DNA from: Theionarchaea archaeon
GTDB taxonomy: Archaea; Methanobacteriota_B; Thermococci; Methanofastidiosales; SZ-28-30
Assembly (NCBI GenBank): GCA_018992685.1
Contig: JACVGT010000008.1
Coordinates: forward strand, 67,414-131,413
Direction: 5' to 3'
DNA length: 64,000 nucleotides
The notes under the pieces were generated by a model that was given only the letters and a program-made list of their open reading frames with translations, made no database searches and had not been told where the DNA came from. Shown here piece after piece: positions 38,671 through 48,328 of this stretch. How positions within the stretch are numbered: position 1 is the stretch's first letter; each line of letters opens with the position of its first letter. Both the position numbers and the translations under genes were made by a program.

Positions 38671-39417
38671 CTACAAGACGTCCAGCGGGGAAATATCGGC
38701 ATCTTCGCCCTCAAGCAGGGCCTTCATCTCATTATAGTCATCCATGCTGATTTCTCCTTTGGCCAGCCGACTTTTCAACACCTCAAGGTCTGGAGTCCTC
38801 GCTTCGGGTTCTCCTTTAGATCTCAGAGATTCACTGGAGAGTTTTTCAGGCCGGGATGACTCTGTGGGAGCGGATTTCCTCATCCCTCTCAGCAATCCAA
38901 AGGAGACAGCCAGTGATACTCCCGCGATGGGCGAGAAGAGTGCCACGAGCCACACTTTTGATGCAACGTGTATCTCATACTCATCAGATAGATTCCCCCA
39001 CCCCGGCTGGGCCAGAAATGGAGGCTGGGAGATGATGTCCTGGATGTATCTCATAGCAAAAAAACCGCATACCGCCAGCAATATTACCGCAACTACCAGT
39101 ATAAGTATTTTCTTGAGTTTTGATGTCTCACTTTTTTTCAAAAGACCCATTCCAGTCCATAAACTGGTTACAAGGAGCATGCCAGCTACCAACAGCGCCA
39201 CTGAGACCAGAAGCAATCTGGGATAGACGTACGATTCCACTTCAAGCCCAAATTCACTGTTCAGTCTCAGAAAATACCAGACTACAGCATACTTTATGAT
39301 GGCGATTTCCTGCACCACTTTTACACCACAGATGCCAGCTACCACCAGTGATACTGTCATAAAGATTTTATCTGTTCTGATACTACTTTTCATATCCCTC
39401 ACGCAATAGGAAACCAT
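38671..39417 (-). CDS. Membrane protein with C-terminal SHOCT-like domain
   Basis: About 4 TM helices and LKSRLAKGEISMDDYNEMK. Start uncertain. Confidence 0.7.
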   Translation of the reverse strand: MVSYCVRDMKSSIRTDKIFMTVSLVVAGICGVKVVQEIAIIKYAVVWYFLRLNSEFGLEVESYVYPRLLLVSVALLVAGMLLVTSLWTGMGLLKKSETSKLKKILILVVAVILLAVCGFFAMRYIQDIISQPPFLAQPGWGNLSDEYEIHVASKVWLVALFSPIAGVSLAVSFGLLRGMRKSAPTESSRPEKLSSESLRSKGEPEARTPDLEVLKSRLAKGEISMDDYNEMKALLEGEDADISPLDVL

Positions 39418-39644
39418 ATAAATGTTTCTAAAGATAAAGCCGGAACCAGGAGGTCGCTCAACATCCAGTCCTGCTTCTACGTCTGATGACCTTCTACCAC
39501 ATGACCACCGGTCTCATACCTTTCGGCAACCTTGATGACAGGTGTGACCTTCTGGTTATCCCCAGGTTCTGGCTCTTTTATCCAAAAATCATCTGCCCCT
39601 GGTGGGACAAAACCTATTTAAGCTGTAGTCACCCATACATTCTC

Positions 39645-40814
39645 ATGTTTGAGATGGAAAATCCCCCTGATTACTCACGATTCCACCTGAAGGCAAATCC
39701 TTTCACAATCCTCTCCAGTGAGGGCATACAAAACATTGAAGAAATCCATGTTTCTCAAAGTGCAGATTCACGGATTGCAGAAGCGATTGCCAATGTGGAA
39801 AAGGGGGCCTCCATTGCTATTGTGCTGGTGGGAGATCTAGGAACGGGAAAGACACAGCGACTCAGGGGCATCAGCCACCTCATTGAAGATCAGGGGGGAA
39901 TGGCAGTCTACCTGAAGGTGGACAGTTCAGACATTATTCGCACCACGGTGGACATCTTCGACTTCTTCTTACCTGAAGGGCAACCCGGATTCTTGAGCAG
40001 GCTCAGGAGAGGAAAGGACATCTATGTTCTGAACAAGGACAACTACGATTCATCTGAACTGGGTACCTCTCTCAGGGAAAACATGAGTATGTACGGGCTG
40101 TCTGCCCTGCTTCTGGATGAAATGGAAAACATCATGATTGCCACAGAAAAAGAATTGATCCTGTTCTTTGAAATGCTGCGACAGTTCATCTCTGCCATGC
40201 CTCCAGGTTGCCTGTTCATGGTAGCCTGTACTCCTGAGGGATTCAATAGAATGCAGGAGCTGTTCCCTGCCTTTGTGGTGAGGTTCCACTACCAGTTGCG
40301 TTCTGAAGGACTTTCAGAAGAAGAAGCGGTAGAACTGGCCAGGAAACGACTGGAAAAGGAACGAGAACCAGGAAGGGAGGCTCTGAATCCCGTCTACCCC
40401 TTTGATGAGAGTGCCATATTACTGGCAAATGACATGGCCAAGGGAAACCCCAGGATCGTTCTGAGGATTCTCCAGATCGTTCTGACTTCTGCTGCCTGTG
40501 ATGAACTGGTTGACTTGATTGACGACCGTTACCTGAGTTCTGTTATCAGAACACCCACGTCAGTGGATGAATACATATCCAGAGTACCCAAGGACCTGAG
40601 AGACGTCATGAGCTTGATAGCAAAACACTACAGTGGAGGTCCTGTTTCCTACATACAGCTGGCCAAAGACACCAAGGCACCCCCAACACAGGTCTATCTG
40701 AAGCTTGAAGAACTGGTATCCATGGGGCTCTTGGAGGAGCGAAAAGGGAAATATGAAGTGGTAGAGAGAGTCAGGATACTCCTCCAGGAAGAGCCTCAAG
40801 AAAAGAAGAGCTAA
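39645..40814 (+). CDS. AAA+/P-loop ATPase with C-terminal winged helix
   Basis: NPF N-motif, GDLGTGKT, LLLDEME, YPF, GNPR sensor, C-terminal HTH-like YIQLAK...LEELVSMGLL. Confidence 0.8.
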   Translation: MFEMENPPDYSRFHLKANPFTILSSEGIQNIEEIHVSQSADSRIAEAIANVEKGASIAIVLVGDLGTGKTQRLRGISHLIEDQGGMAVYLKVDSSDIIRTTVDIFDFFLPEGQPGFLSRLRRGKDIYVLNKDNYDSSELGTSLRENMSMYGLSALLLDEMENIMIATEKELILFFEMLRQFISAMPPGCLFMVACTPEGFNRMQELFPAFVVRFHYQLRSEGLSEEEAVELARKRLEKEREPGREALNPVYPFDESAILLANDMAKGNPRIVLRILQIVLTSAACDELVDLIDDRYLSSVIRTPTSVDEYISRVPKDLRDVMSLIAKHYSGGPVSYIQLAKDTKAPPTQVYLKLEELVSMGLLEERKGKYEVVERVRILLQEEPQEKKS

Positions 40815-41953
40815 TGCCTCCTCAGGAGAACGACCACCGCAAGTGCAGCAACAGCAACGCCCAGGATAATAACTCCCCAGGGAAAGGATTTTGCCACTAT
40901 GGTTACTGTTCTCTGCTGTTTTTCCAGAAAGAAGGTCATAGACCTGGTTTCATCCTGGACGATGACGACTTCCTGGGTTTCTGAGGAATACCCTGCACTG
41001 GAAGCCTCCACTGAATATGTACCAGGATAGAGCGAAACCTCAGTCTCCCCTTCGACAGAAAGGGACATACTCCCTTCCTGCCCCGTTATGTCAACCCTGG
41101 CAACAAGTGGGACACCTGAATCTGAATTGACGTGCACCTGGAGACTCCCTTCTGCCCTCATCAGGGTAACCTGTTCAGAGACCATTCCCCCTCGCTCTGA
41201 GGGTGCTACCGATATCTCCTTCTCAATAGTGATATAGCTTTCTTTTTCCACTGTCAGCAGGTACTCTCCCTTGACAACCTGGTGGAATACCACAGTCCCT
41301 GTGGAATCAGTCTCGCCCTCAACCAGGCTATCGCCTGCCTCCAGGATCACATGCACCTTCTCCATGGGCCTTCCCCTTTCATCCCTCACTGAAACCTCTA
41401 CATCAGTAATGACTCCCGCAGTCCGTACCACCAGAACCTGTTCCGTGTCAGACCACAAGAAGAATTTCTGATCCTCATAGTCGGAAACAATGCAGTAAAC
41501 AGAACGATCCACTGAAACCTCAAAGGAGAACCTCCCCTCTGCATCAGTCAGTACAGGCCCCAGAAATTCATGCGTTTGTGAATCGTACACGCGGAGAGCA
41601 ATAAACAGGGCAGGGGTATCTGATGTGTCAAAGTACACAATCCCTGAGATTGTGGACATGACTGCAGAATACAGGACATACCGCAACGACAGATCTCCAG
41701 TCACAGCCACAGCATCAATTACTGGCAGATATCCGTCTTTTCGGATTTCCAGCATGCACGCACCTGACGGTGTATTTGAAGGATCAGGTATCTCTTTGAA
41801 GGTAGCCATCCCCTGTGCGTCAGTAGCAGCATACCGCGCGCAGAAATAGATGTCAGCACCCTCTAGAGGGTTCTGCTGGGAATCCACCACCGTGAATACC
41901 ACCGTGCTCCGTGAAGCCAGAATGAGCAGGAAAACAATAACCCATCTCATCAT
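40811..41953 (-). CDS. Surface protein with carboxypeptidase-regulatory/PEGA-like beta-sandwich repeats and C-terminal TM anchor
   Basis: Signal peptide, repeated TDxxG and KxGY/PGTY units, TM followed by RRH. Confidence 0.75.
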   Translation of the reverse strand: MMRWVIVFLLILASRSTVVFTVVDSQQNPLEGADIYFCARYAATDAQGMATFKEIPDPSNTPSGACMLEIRKDGYLPVIDAVAVTGDLSLRYVLYSAVMSTISGIVYFDTSDTPALFIALRVYDSQTHEFLGPVLTDAEGRFSFEVSVDRSVYCIVSDYEDQKFFLWSDTEQVLVVRTAGVITDVEVSVRDERGRPMEKVHVILEAGDSLVEGETDSTGTVVFHQVVKGEYLLTVEKESYITIEKEISVAPSERGGMVSEQVTLMRAEGSLQVHVNSDSGVPLVARVDITGQEGSMSLSVEGETEVSLYPGTYSVEASSAGYSSETQEVVIVQDETRSMTFFLEKQQRTVTIVAKSFPWGVIILGVAVAALAVVVLLRRH

Positions 41954-42185
41954 TATAGTTAGGAATTTCTGCTTAAATACATTTTTGGTTCAGAACTCTC
42001 GTAAACTTCACCGGTCACTCCACGATAATCGTCAGATCACACCTTCTTCCTTTGAAAAGCTCCCAGAAATCCTGATCCTGTTCCCGTAATATGCAGCAAA
42101 TGCAGCACATTATGCTTTTTATCCTTTTAAAAATCTTTCGATGTTAGAGGAAACATTTATATAGGTATTTCACCAGGTGAGGGTG

Positions 42186-42347
42186 ATGAATGAAGTAGAG
42201 GAGATAAAAGCGCTGCTGTATATGGACAAAACTCCCCAGGAGATCATCACCCTGGGTTACCCGAAAGATCTGGTGCTGCAGATATTTGAGCGCGAGTTCG
42301 TTAACAGACTTGAGGAATCTGGTCTGGATTTGTGGGAACCCAATTGA
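42186..42347 (+). CDS. Small protein, 53 aa (MNEVEEIKALLYMDKTPQEIITLGYPKDLVLQIFEREFVNRLEESGLDLWEPN); not in ORF track
   Basis: AAACATTTATATA promoter at about 42152-42164, GGTGAGGGTG directly before the ATG, protein-like composition. Confidence 0.6.
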   Translation: MNEVEEIKALLYMDKTPQEIITLGYPKDLVLQIFEREFVNRLEESGLDLWEPN

Positions 42348-42481
42348 TGGAGCGATATGACGTATTCCCGCTGTGACTCTGTTCCATGGGCATTTTCTCG
42401 GATTTTCATTATATTTTTGAGATTTTTGAGTTCTGATATTATACATTTCTCCAGGAAAATCCCGTTATCGCGTTATCAGGA

Positions 42482-42508
42482 ATTCGATTTACGGTGGATA
42501 ATTCAGAA
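42482..42508. repeat. 27-bp dispersed repeat, copy 2, with a partial inverted copy at 42572-42583
   Basis: ATTCGATTTACGGTGGATAATTCAGAA; AATTATCCACCG at 42572-42583. Confidence 0.9.
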
Positions 42509-42646
42509 TTGGAGTTCTAACCCTACGGGTGTTGGTCTCTGAATCTTCATCACTATGCACACACTTCATTTAATTATCCACCGAGTTTTGAACACATGAA
42601 TACCAGAATGTATAAAAGCGTAGTGAGCAATAGGTGGGAGATCGTC

Positions 42647-43999
42647 ATGGGTAAGAAGTTTCCCAAGATTGTAAAGGTTGCCAAGAAACAGCTCCCCTGG
42701 ATAGAGCATCTGATTACTGAAGACACGGCCCGGGACCTGCTGCCTGAGTCTGGTGGACTGCTGGACACCATGTATGTGAAATCCAGGTCAGAGAGTCTCT
42801 GCATCCAGTGTAAGGGGGGGAAGATGCTGTGTGGCAAGACTATGTGCCCTCTGGTGGTGCGGATTAAATCGTATGTGAGCACCGGTTCAGGACTGGGAAT
42901 GAACATTGATGGGGCTTCACCTCCCAGCATATTCGTGGGAAGAATGGGATATCCCCATGTGTTTGTAGGGCCCATGGTTCCTCCCATTCACGAGGACACG
43001 TCACTGTTTGATATGCCTGAACAGTGGATGCCTCTGGACATTCAGCAGATAGTGGGCTTGAGAATGCAGCTCATCAGAGGGAAGCAGAGAGTGAAGGTAG
43101 ACAGTCTTAGAGGAAAGATCATTGATTCCATCCAAGAGCTGGCACTGTCCCAGGCACCTGCTGAGGTGGAGATGCAGTTATTGAAGAAACCCAGGGCGGG
43201 GATACTGCTGGATGATGAGGTGCAGCCCATGGGACCGTCTGCTCCTTTAAGGGATGTCTGGGTGGGACCAGGAAGCAGCAACAAGAAGATGGAAAAGGCG
43301 TTTTATGACACTGACCTGAAGGCTGCGAATGCTGTATCCATGCTGTATAAGGAGGGTACTCCCCTGTCCAGGGTACAGAGGGGATTGAGTGCAGGGTTAT
43401 TCGGCGTCGAGGACAACAGGAAACTCGTTCCCACCAGGTGGAGTATTACCGCCGTGGACAGTATGCTTTCAAAGGAATTGATGGAAAAGGTGAAGCAGTT
43501 GCCTGCCATCAACGAGTATCTGTTGTATGAGGAGGTCCATCTGGATAACAGGTTCCTGGTGATGATGTTGCCTGATGCCTGGAGTTACGAGTTGATAGAA
43601 GCGTGGTACCCGGGGACTATCTGGAACCCGAATTCACAGAACATACTGATGTTTGGAGATGCAGAACCCTTTAAAGGAAGGACAACCTATGCCAAAATTG
43701 GTGGGTGTTACTATGCAGCTCGGCTGGCAGTCAATGAGCTGTTGTTGAAAGAGGGAAGGCAGGCCAGGGTTATTATCTTTCGGGAAGCTCACCCGGGTTA
43801 CATCATGCCTGTGGGAGTGTGGAATGTGAGAGAAAGTGTACGTACTGCCTTGAAAAGGCCTCCCACGAGATATGATACTCTTGATGAGTTGCTGCACGTT
43901 GTCAGGCAGAAGCTGGCCATTCCTTTGAATATCTGGAAAGAGAATTCCAGGATGCTCAAGGATTCACTGCAACAGAGGAAGATCACTGATTACTTCTGA
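42647..43999 (+). CDS. nreA: Nre family PCNA-interacting DNA repair protein
   Basis: CIQCKGGKMLCGKTMCP, SPPSIFVGRMGYP, LVPTRWSITAVD, GGCYYA, PVGVW, C-terminal PIP QRKITDYF. Confidence 0.92.
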   Translation: MGKKFPKIVKVAKKQLPWIEHLITEDTARDLLPESGGLLDTMYVKSRSESLCIQCKGGKMLCGKTMCPLVVRIKSYVSTGSGLGMNIDGASPPSIFVGRMGYPHVFVGPMVPPIHEDTSLFDMPEQWMPLDIQQIVGLRMQLIRGKQRVKVDSLRGKIIDSIQELALSQAPAEVEMQLLKKPRAGILLDDEVQPMGPSAPLRDVWVGPGSSNKKMEKAFYDTDLKAANAVSMLYKEGTPLSRVQRGLSAGLFGVEDNRKLVPTRWSITAVDSMLSKELMEKVKQLPAINEYLLYEEVHLDNRFLVMMLPDAWSYELIEAWYPGTIWNPNSQNILMFGDAEPFKGRTTYAKIGGCYYAARLAVNELLLKEGRQARVIIFREAHPGYIMPVGVWNVRESVRTALKRPPTRYDTLDELLHVVRQKLAIPLNIWKENSRMLKDSLQQRKITDYF

Positions 44000-44207
44000 T
44001 TAGAAGAAAAAACTAGTTTGCTGCTCACAATTTCTTCCTGCTAATCTGATGGGTACTGACTCACGATTCCATCCAGCATTTCTTCAGGTATGGAGTACCA
44101 CGCCTCTTCGTGAAACTCTCGATATTGAACTGGTTTATCATCCATTGAGTACATGCTGGATGACGTTCTAGGCAAGGACAGCACGGGAACATTTCTCAAT
44201 GCCGAAC

Positions 44208-44882
44208 CTACAACCTCCTGCCACACTCCGGGCAGAATTTCATGCCCTTCTCAACAGAACTACCACATTGTGGGCATCGTGGCTGCATAATCTGGCCCAG
44301 CAGACTCCCCAGCACACCAGTATCCTTCCTAGAACGTGAGTCTGATCCCATCAATCTCTGGAACAGCATTCCTGCCACATCATCCAGAATTTGATCATCC
44401 CCATCCTGATCAATGAGGGCAGCAATTCCTTTCTGCCCCACCCCACCGGTATCTCGTTTTTGTGACAGAGCTCCCAGAATCAAGGGCGCCAGCATGACAA
44501 TGATCTTCATTGCTGTGCCTTTGTCAATGTTGAATCTGCTTGACATGGCATCGGCTGCCTGCACGCCTGAATCTCCAAGGAGCCCTCCCAGTCGCGGATC
44601 AGGCTTTCTTATTCCAGCTTTGGCCTGAAACTCCTGGCCTACATGATCCAGAACACTAGCACGTCCATATTTATTAAGGATATGGTTGACCCTGTCAGCC
44701 CGAGCTTGTTCATCACTACCGCCGTGTTGTTCCATCTGCCGTTTCAACCCCCCCAGAATCATGGGCGCTACCACGGGAATCATTTCAAGCGCAGTCTCCT
44801 GCTTGATGCCCAGTGTTGAGGAAAGCTGTTTGCTCACATCTCCTCCATACTGTTTCAGGAATTCCTCAAGAAAATCTGCCAT
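44208..44882 (-). CDS. DUF937-like protein with C-terminal zinc ribbon
   Basis: LAPLILGAL...LIDQDGDDQILDDV; CPQC-x10-CPEC. Confidence 0.75.
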   Translation of the reverse strand: MADFLEEFLKQYGGDVSKQLSSTLGIKQETALEMIPVVAPMILGGLKRQMEQHGGSDEQARADRVNHILNKYGRASVLDHVGQEFQAKAGIRKPDPRLGGLLGDSGVQAADAMSSRFNIDKGTAMKIIVMLAPLILGALSQKRDTGGVGQKGIAALIDQDGDDQILDDVAGMLFQRLMGSDSRSRKDTGVLGSLLGQIMQPRCPQCGSSVEKGMKFCPECGRRL

Positions 44883-44908
44883 TGTATTCCTCCTTTCTTA
44901 TCCTGGAA

Positions 44909-45151
44909 CTAGAATGCACCCTTTCCGGGTTTCACTTTCCCTTCGCTGCTGGACGATCTGTGTTGCTGAGACTCTCTCTTTCTCATCTGTTCTTCCAGGC
45001 TTTTCACAGTACTCTTCAGTTCATTTATTTCCCTTCGTAGTTCATCTATTTCCGTTTTCAGCTCTTTCTTCAGCTCTTTGCCCACTTTCTTCATCCATTC
45101 TGCCTCAATATCCTTTGCTTCTGCTCGCATTTCTCTTCTTTCTTCTCTCAT
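44909..45151 (-). CDS. Small coiled-coil protein
   Basis: SD GAGGAG and heptad pattern. Confidence 0.6.
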   Translation of the reverse strand: MREERREMRAEAKDIEAEWMKKVGKELKKELKTEIDELRREINELKSTVKSLEEQMRKRESQQHRSSSSEGKVKPGKGAF

Positions 45152-45201
45152 GTGATCTCCTCCTCACAGTTCACGGTTTTTCAATCGGTGGCTCTCACAA
45201 C

Positions 45202-45384
45202 CTACATGACTTCTTCCACTCGAGCTTTGGGTGCATTCTCCTTTATGCTCTCGATGCCATTCAGACACGCTGCTTTTGATGTATACCCTTCGCTCGTGGC
45301 TATGGTCTTTCCGTTCGGTGCAACCAGTCTAAACCTGAATTCACCTTTTGAGTCCTTAAAGATCTCAAATTTTGGTCCTGCCAT
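45202..45384 (-). CDS. DUF1508/YegP family protein
   Basis: KFEIFKDSKGEFRFRLVAPNGKTIATSEGY...GIESIK. Confidence 0.9.
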   Translation of the reverse strand: MAGPKFEIFKDSKGEFRFRLVAPNGKTIATSEGYTSKAACLNGIESIKENAPKARVEEVM

Positions 45385-45700
45385 TATATCACCCTTTTTC
45401 ATATGTCTCAAAACAATATATACTTTTCCTACGTACTAGACTGACTCAGAACGTCCAATACCTGCCCTCATCGTCGGCTCAATCTGAAAAGCTCTTTGCA
45501 TTTCTTTTCGTAGACTTCTTCAGCCTCGACCTCGCTGCTAGACCAAGATTCCCTCTGATACCTGCTGGTCTCTCTCTTGCACAGCAGAACCACAAATCTT
45601 AAGAGCCTGTTTTCATAGGACGCTCCATGTATGACGGGAGACAGATACCAGAAAGTGCAGCTCATTCATTCGACAATTCACTTTCCCAAAAGGTGACATC

Positions 45701-46324
45701 ATGAATCACGTACTCGCCATTCTGAACCCTCTCACAGCAGGGGAAGCATTCAGAAGACTAGCTCCTGAGGAATCATGGAAGAAACCCCTTATCATTGTAC
45801 TCGTAGCAGGATTACTTTCTGCAGCAGGCATAGCCCTGGTGTATGACAAAACAGAAAGTCTCAGATCAGCATACCTGGTGAAGGAAATGGATGTGACCAT
45901 ACGGGACGAAGTGTGGTCAGTCATGACGGTGACCAAATTCGCAACATCTCTGCTGCTGGTAGTTCTGGGATGGGGAACGAAATCCGTTGCCTTTTACAGC
46001 ATGGGAAGACTGTTCAAGGGGACCCCTGGGTCTATCTCCTCCACTGTACGACTCATGGGGTACACGTATCTCCCCCTCATTATCAAAGGGCTCGTGGATG
46101 TGTACAGGGGGGTAACATATGAATTGCCTTCGTATGAGGAATATGTGAGCAGCCTGAGGACTCCTGATGTGTTGGAAACCTTCTCTGATCCCTTCAGTGT
46201 TTTTCTCCTGTGGGCAATCGTGCTCATGATTCTTGCTGTAAGACAACAATACAACCTTGGCAACGTGAAAGCGATTCTGGCAGTTCTTATCCCCTACGGA
46301 ATCTACTGGATCATAATGCTGTAG
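45701..46324 (+). CDS. Yip1-like membrane protein
   Basis: ILNP..AF, about 5 TM, GYTYLP, W...L....V...Y pattern. Confidence 0.7.
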   Translation: MNHVLAILNPLTAGEAFRRLAPEESWKKPLIIVLVAGLLSAAGIALVYDKTESLRSAYLVKEMDVTIRDEVWSVMTVTKFATSLLLVVLGWGTKSVAFYSMGRLFKGTPGSISSTVRLMGYTYLPLIIKGLVDVYRGVTYELPSYEEYVSSLRTPDVLETFSDPFSVFLLWAIVLMILAVRQQYNLGNVKAILAVLIPYGIYWIIML

Positions 46325-46382
46325 GTCCCGTGGGATCAGGATCACGCGCGCATATGTGAACGATAATCAAAGGCTCTACAGC

Positions 46383-46799
46383 TCAAGCGTGGGCAAGAGA
46401 ACCCACAATATAGAGTATTGCCAGACAAGCCACCAGGAGAATCACGATCTTCTCCTGCAGGGGGAAGTATTCGTACGAGCGGGGAGTCTCCATATTATAC
46501 ATATCATAGTGGCCAGCCAGAGCAAAGGGATAGCCCATGAATAGAATTACCGCAAGCCCAAAAGAATGCTCTGCAAGGACCAATCCTCCCACGGTGAGAA
46601 CCGGAAAGACAAAAACCCCGCCTGCCAGAGTGACCATTGAAGTCAAGTTTAACAGGTCTGCTGGAGGCAACCATGTTACGTAATCACGTTCTCCTACGTC
46701 CACTTCGCGGGAAATCCGCCAGGTAAAAGAGGCAATCTGAAATCCCATGAGTATTCCAGCAACACCCCAGATGTCCATCAAGTTCAGGTCCAACACCAT
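46383..46799 (-). CDS. Small membrane protein of unknown function
   Basis: SD GAGGTG, starts 16 nt after the tRNA-Pro 3' end, 4 hydrophobic segments. Confidence 0.7.
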   Translation of the reverse strand: MVLDLNLMDIWGVAGILMGFQIASFTWRISREVDVGERDYVTWLPPADLLNLTSMVTLAGGVFVFPVLTVGGLVLAEHSFGLAVILFMGYPFALAGHYDMYNMETPRSYEYFPLQEKIVILLVACLAILYIVGSLAHA

Positions 46800-46815
46800 C
46801 ACCTCACTACGAGAG

Positions 46816-46890
46816 TGGGGCCGCCGAGATTTGAACTCGGGTGTCAGGCTCCCGAAGCCTGGAGGATGGACCAAGCTACCCTACGGCCCC
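46816..46890 (-). tRNA. tRNA-Pro (anticodon CGG)
   Basis: GGGGCCG/CGGCCCC acceptor stem, CAGGC-TT-CGG-GA-GCCTG anticodon arm, GTTCAAAT T-loop. CCA not encoded. Confidence 0.95.
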
Positions 46891-46979
46891 ATATCCATTC
46901 ATTTCATGACAGAACAAATATAAAGGTATGCATAACCACCATAGGGAATATCTACCGTGAAGAATCCTTCCATATGACA

Positions 46980-48260
46980 TCAAAAGTCAGCAAGGGTCTT
47001 CTGTCTTGAATCTTTCTTGTCAGGTTCCTGGATTCTCTCTTCTTTCTCTGATTTCTCCATTCTTCTGCTGGTAGCAGTCTCCAGGACCTTTAGAATCTTC
47101 TCCCCCTTTCTGAATACATACAATATTTCATCTTCATCCAGCTCAAAGAAGCGGCACAGTCCTGCTGCTTTTTCAGTCTGCTTCTCCAGCGCCTGCATCA
47201 TGATAACATATTCTCCAGCCTCTGAAGAGGAGCAGTGGCATTTCTCACTGATTTTCTTGCGGATCTCGTCCCTCATGGCTCGGTCCTTTTTTGATCTGGC
47301 CAGAGCCGTAAAGTAGGACGGACTTCTGAATCTCTGGAAATGATACCGTGACAGGCGGGCCACAGAGACCCCTGAGGTCATTAAATCTGATGCATATCCC
47401 CAGAGTTTATAGTACTGATTCCTGAATGCCCGCCCCAGAAACATGTCTGCCCTAGACAAGTAGTAGTACGCCCTGGCTGCGTCCTGGGGTTCGTACACCA
47501 GGGGCATGTTCTCTGCCACCCAGAGGAGAACTTCCCGGGGTTCCTTATCCATCCCAAAGAATTCCTTTCTCACATCAGCTGACTGCAACCTGAACACACT
47601 GGACAGAGCCTGGAATATGGAAGTCTGGGTATCTCTGGGGTTATAATACTTCTCGCTGGTTAGAGATTCCAGATCATTGAGGGCAGCCCTCAAATCTCCG
47701 TTCACATTGCTGGAAATCTCCTGCAGCCTCTCATCAGAAACATCAAGACCTTCTTCAAGTGCAACCCTTCTCAACACTTTCAAAATGGACGCGGGGAGTA
47801 ATGTTCTGAACTCGATCATCTTGGATTTGTTTCTGATCCCCGGGGGGATTTCCCAGTATTCATTGGCTATCAATATAATGGGGTTCCGGGTCTTGTCAAT
47901 GATGCGGGACAGAGCCTGGTTCCCCCCCTTGTCTTCTCTGCCGTAGATGTTATCTGCTTCATCCAGCAGAATGATCTTCTTTCTGCCGTCCAGTGTACAG
48001 GTGGTGGCTGCATTCCCCACGATCCTGTCTATGACATCCTTGTTCCTCTGGTCTGAAGCATTGAGCTCAATCAAATCGGCACGGAACTCTCTTGCCATGG
48101 AAATAACTGCAGACGTTTTCCCCACACCTGCCCTGCCGTACAGGACAGCGACTTTTTTCTGTTCAGGCCATGTGTTGAACCATGAGATCAGTTCTTTCAA
48201 GGCACTGGGCTGGCCTGCAATCTCTGCAAATTTCTGAGGACGGTACTTCTCAGTATACAT
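46980..48260 (-). CDS. rfcL: Replication factor C large subunit
   Basis: EKYRP, GRAGVGKT, ELNASD, LLDEAD, GDLRAALNDL, C-terminal PIP QKTLADF. Confidence 0.93.
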   Translation of the reverse strand: MYTEKYRPQKFAEIAGQPSALKELISWFNTWPEQKKVAVLYGRAGVGKTSAVISMAREFRADLIELNASDQRNKDVIDRIVGNAATTCTLDGRKKIILLDEADNIYGREDKGGNQALSRIIDKTRNPIILIANEYWEIPPGIRNKSKMIEFRTLLPASILKVLRRVALEEGLDVSDERLQEISSNVNGDLRAALNDLESLTSEKYYNPRDTQTSIFQALSSVFRLQSADVRKEFFGMDKEPREVLLWVAENMPLVYEPQDAARAYYYLSRADMFLGRAFRNQYYKLWGYASDLMTSGVSVARLSRYHFQRFRSPSYFTALARSKKDRAMRDEIRKKISEKCHCSSSEAGEYVIMMQALEKQTEKAAGLCRFFELDEDEILYVFRKGEKILKVLETATSRRMEKSEKEERIQEPDKKDSRQKTLADF

Positions 48261-48328
48261 TTGTACAGGATACGTTCAACAGAATAAAAAGGTTCGGTTG
48301 AGAGGTTGAGGTGACACCACAGCAACGA

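Noticed and set aside
46815-47009. ORF overlapping tRNA-Pro, and the similar N-terminal extension at 63501-63650 over tRNA-Ser
   Set aside because: Artefacts of translating tRNA genes.
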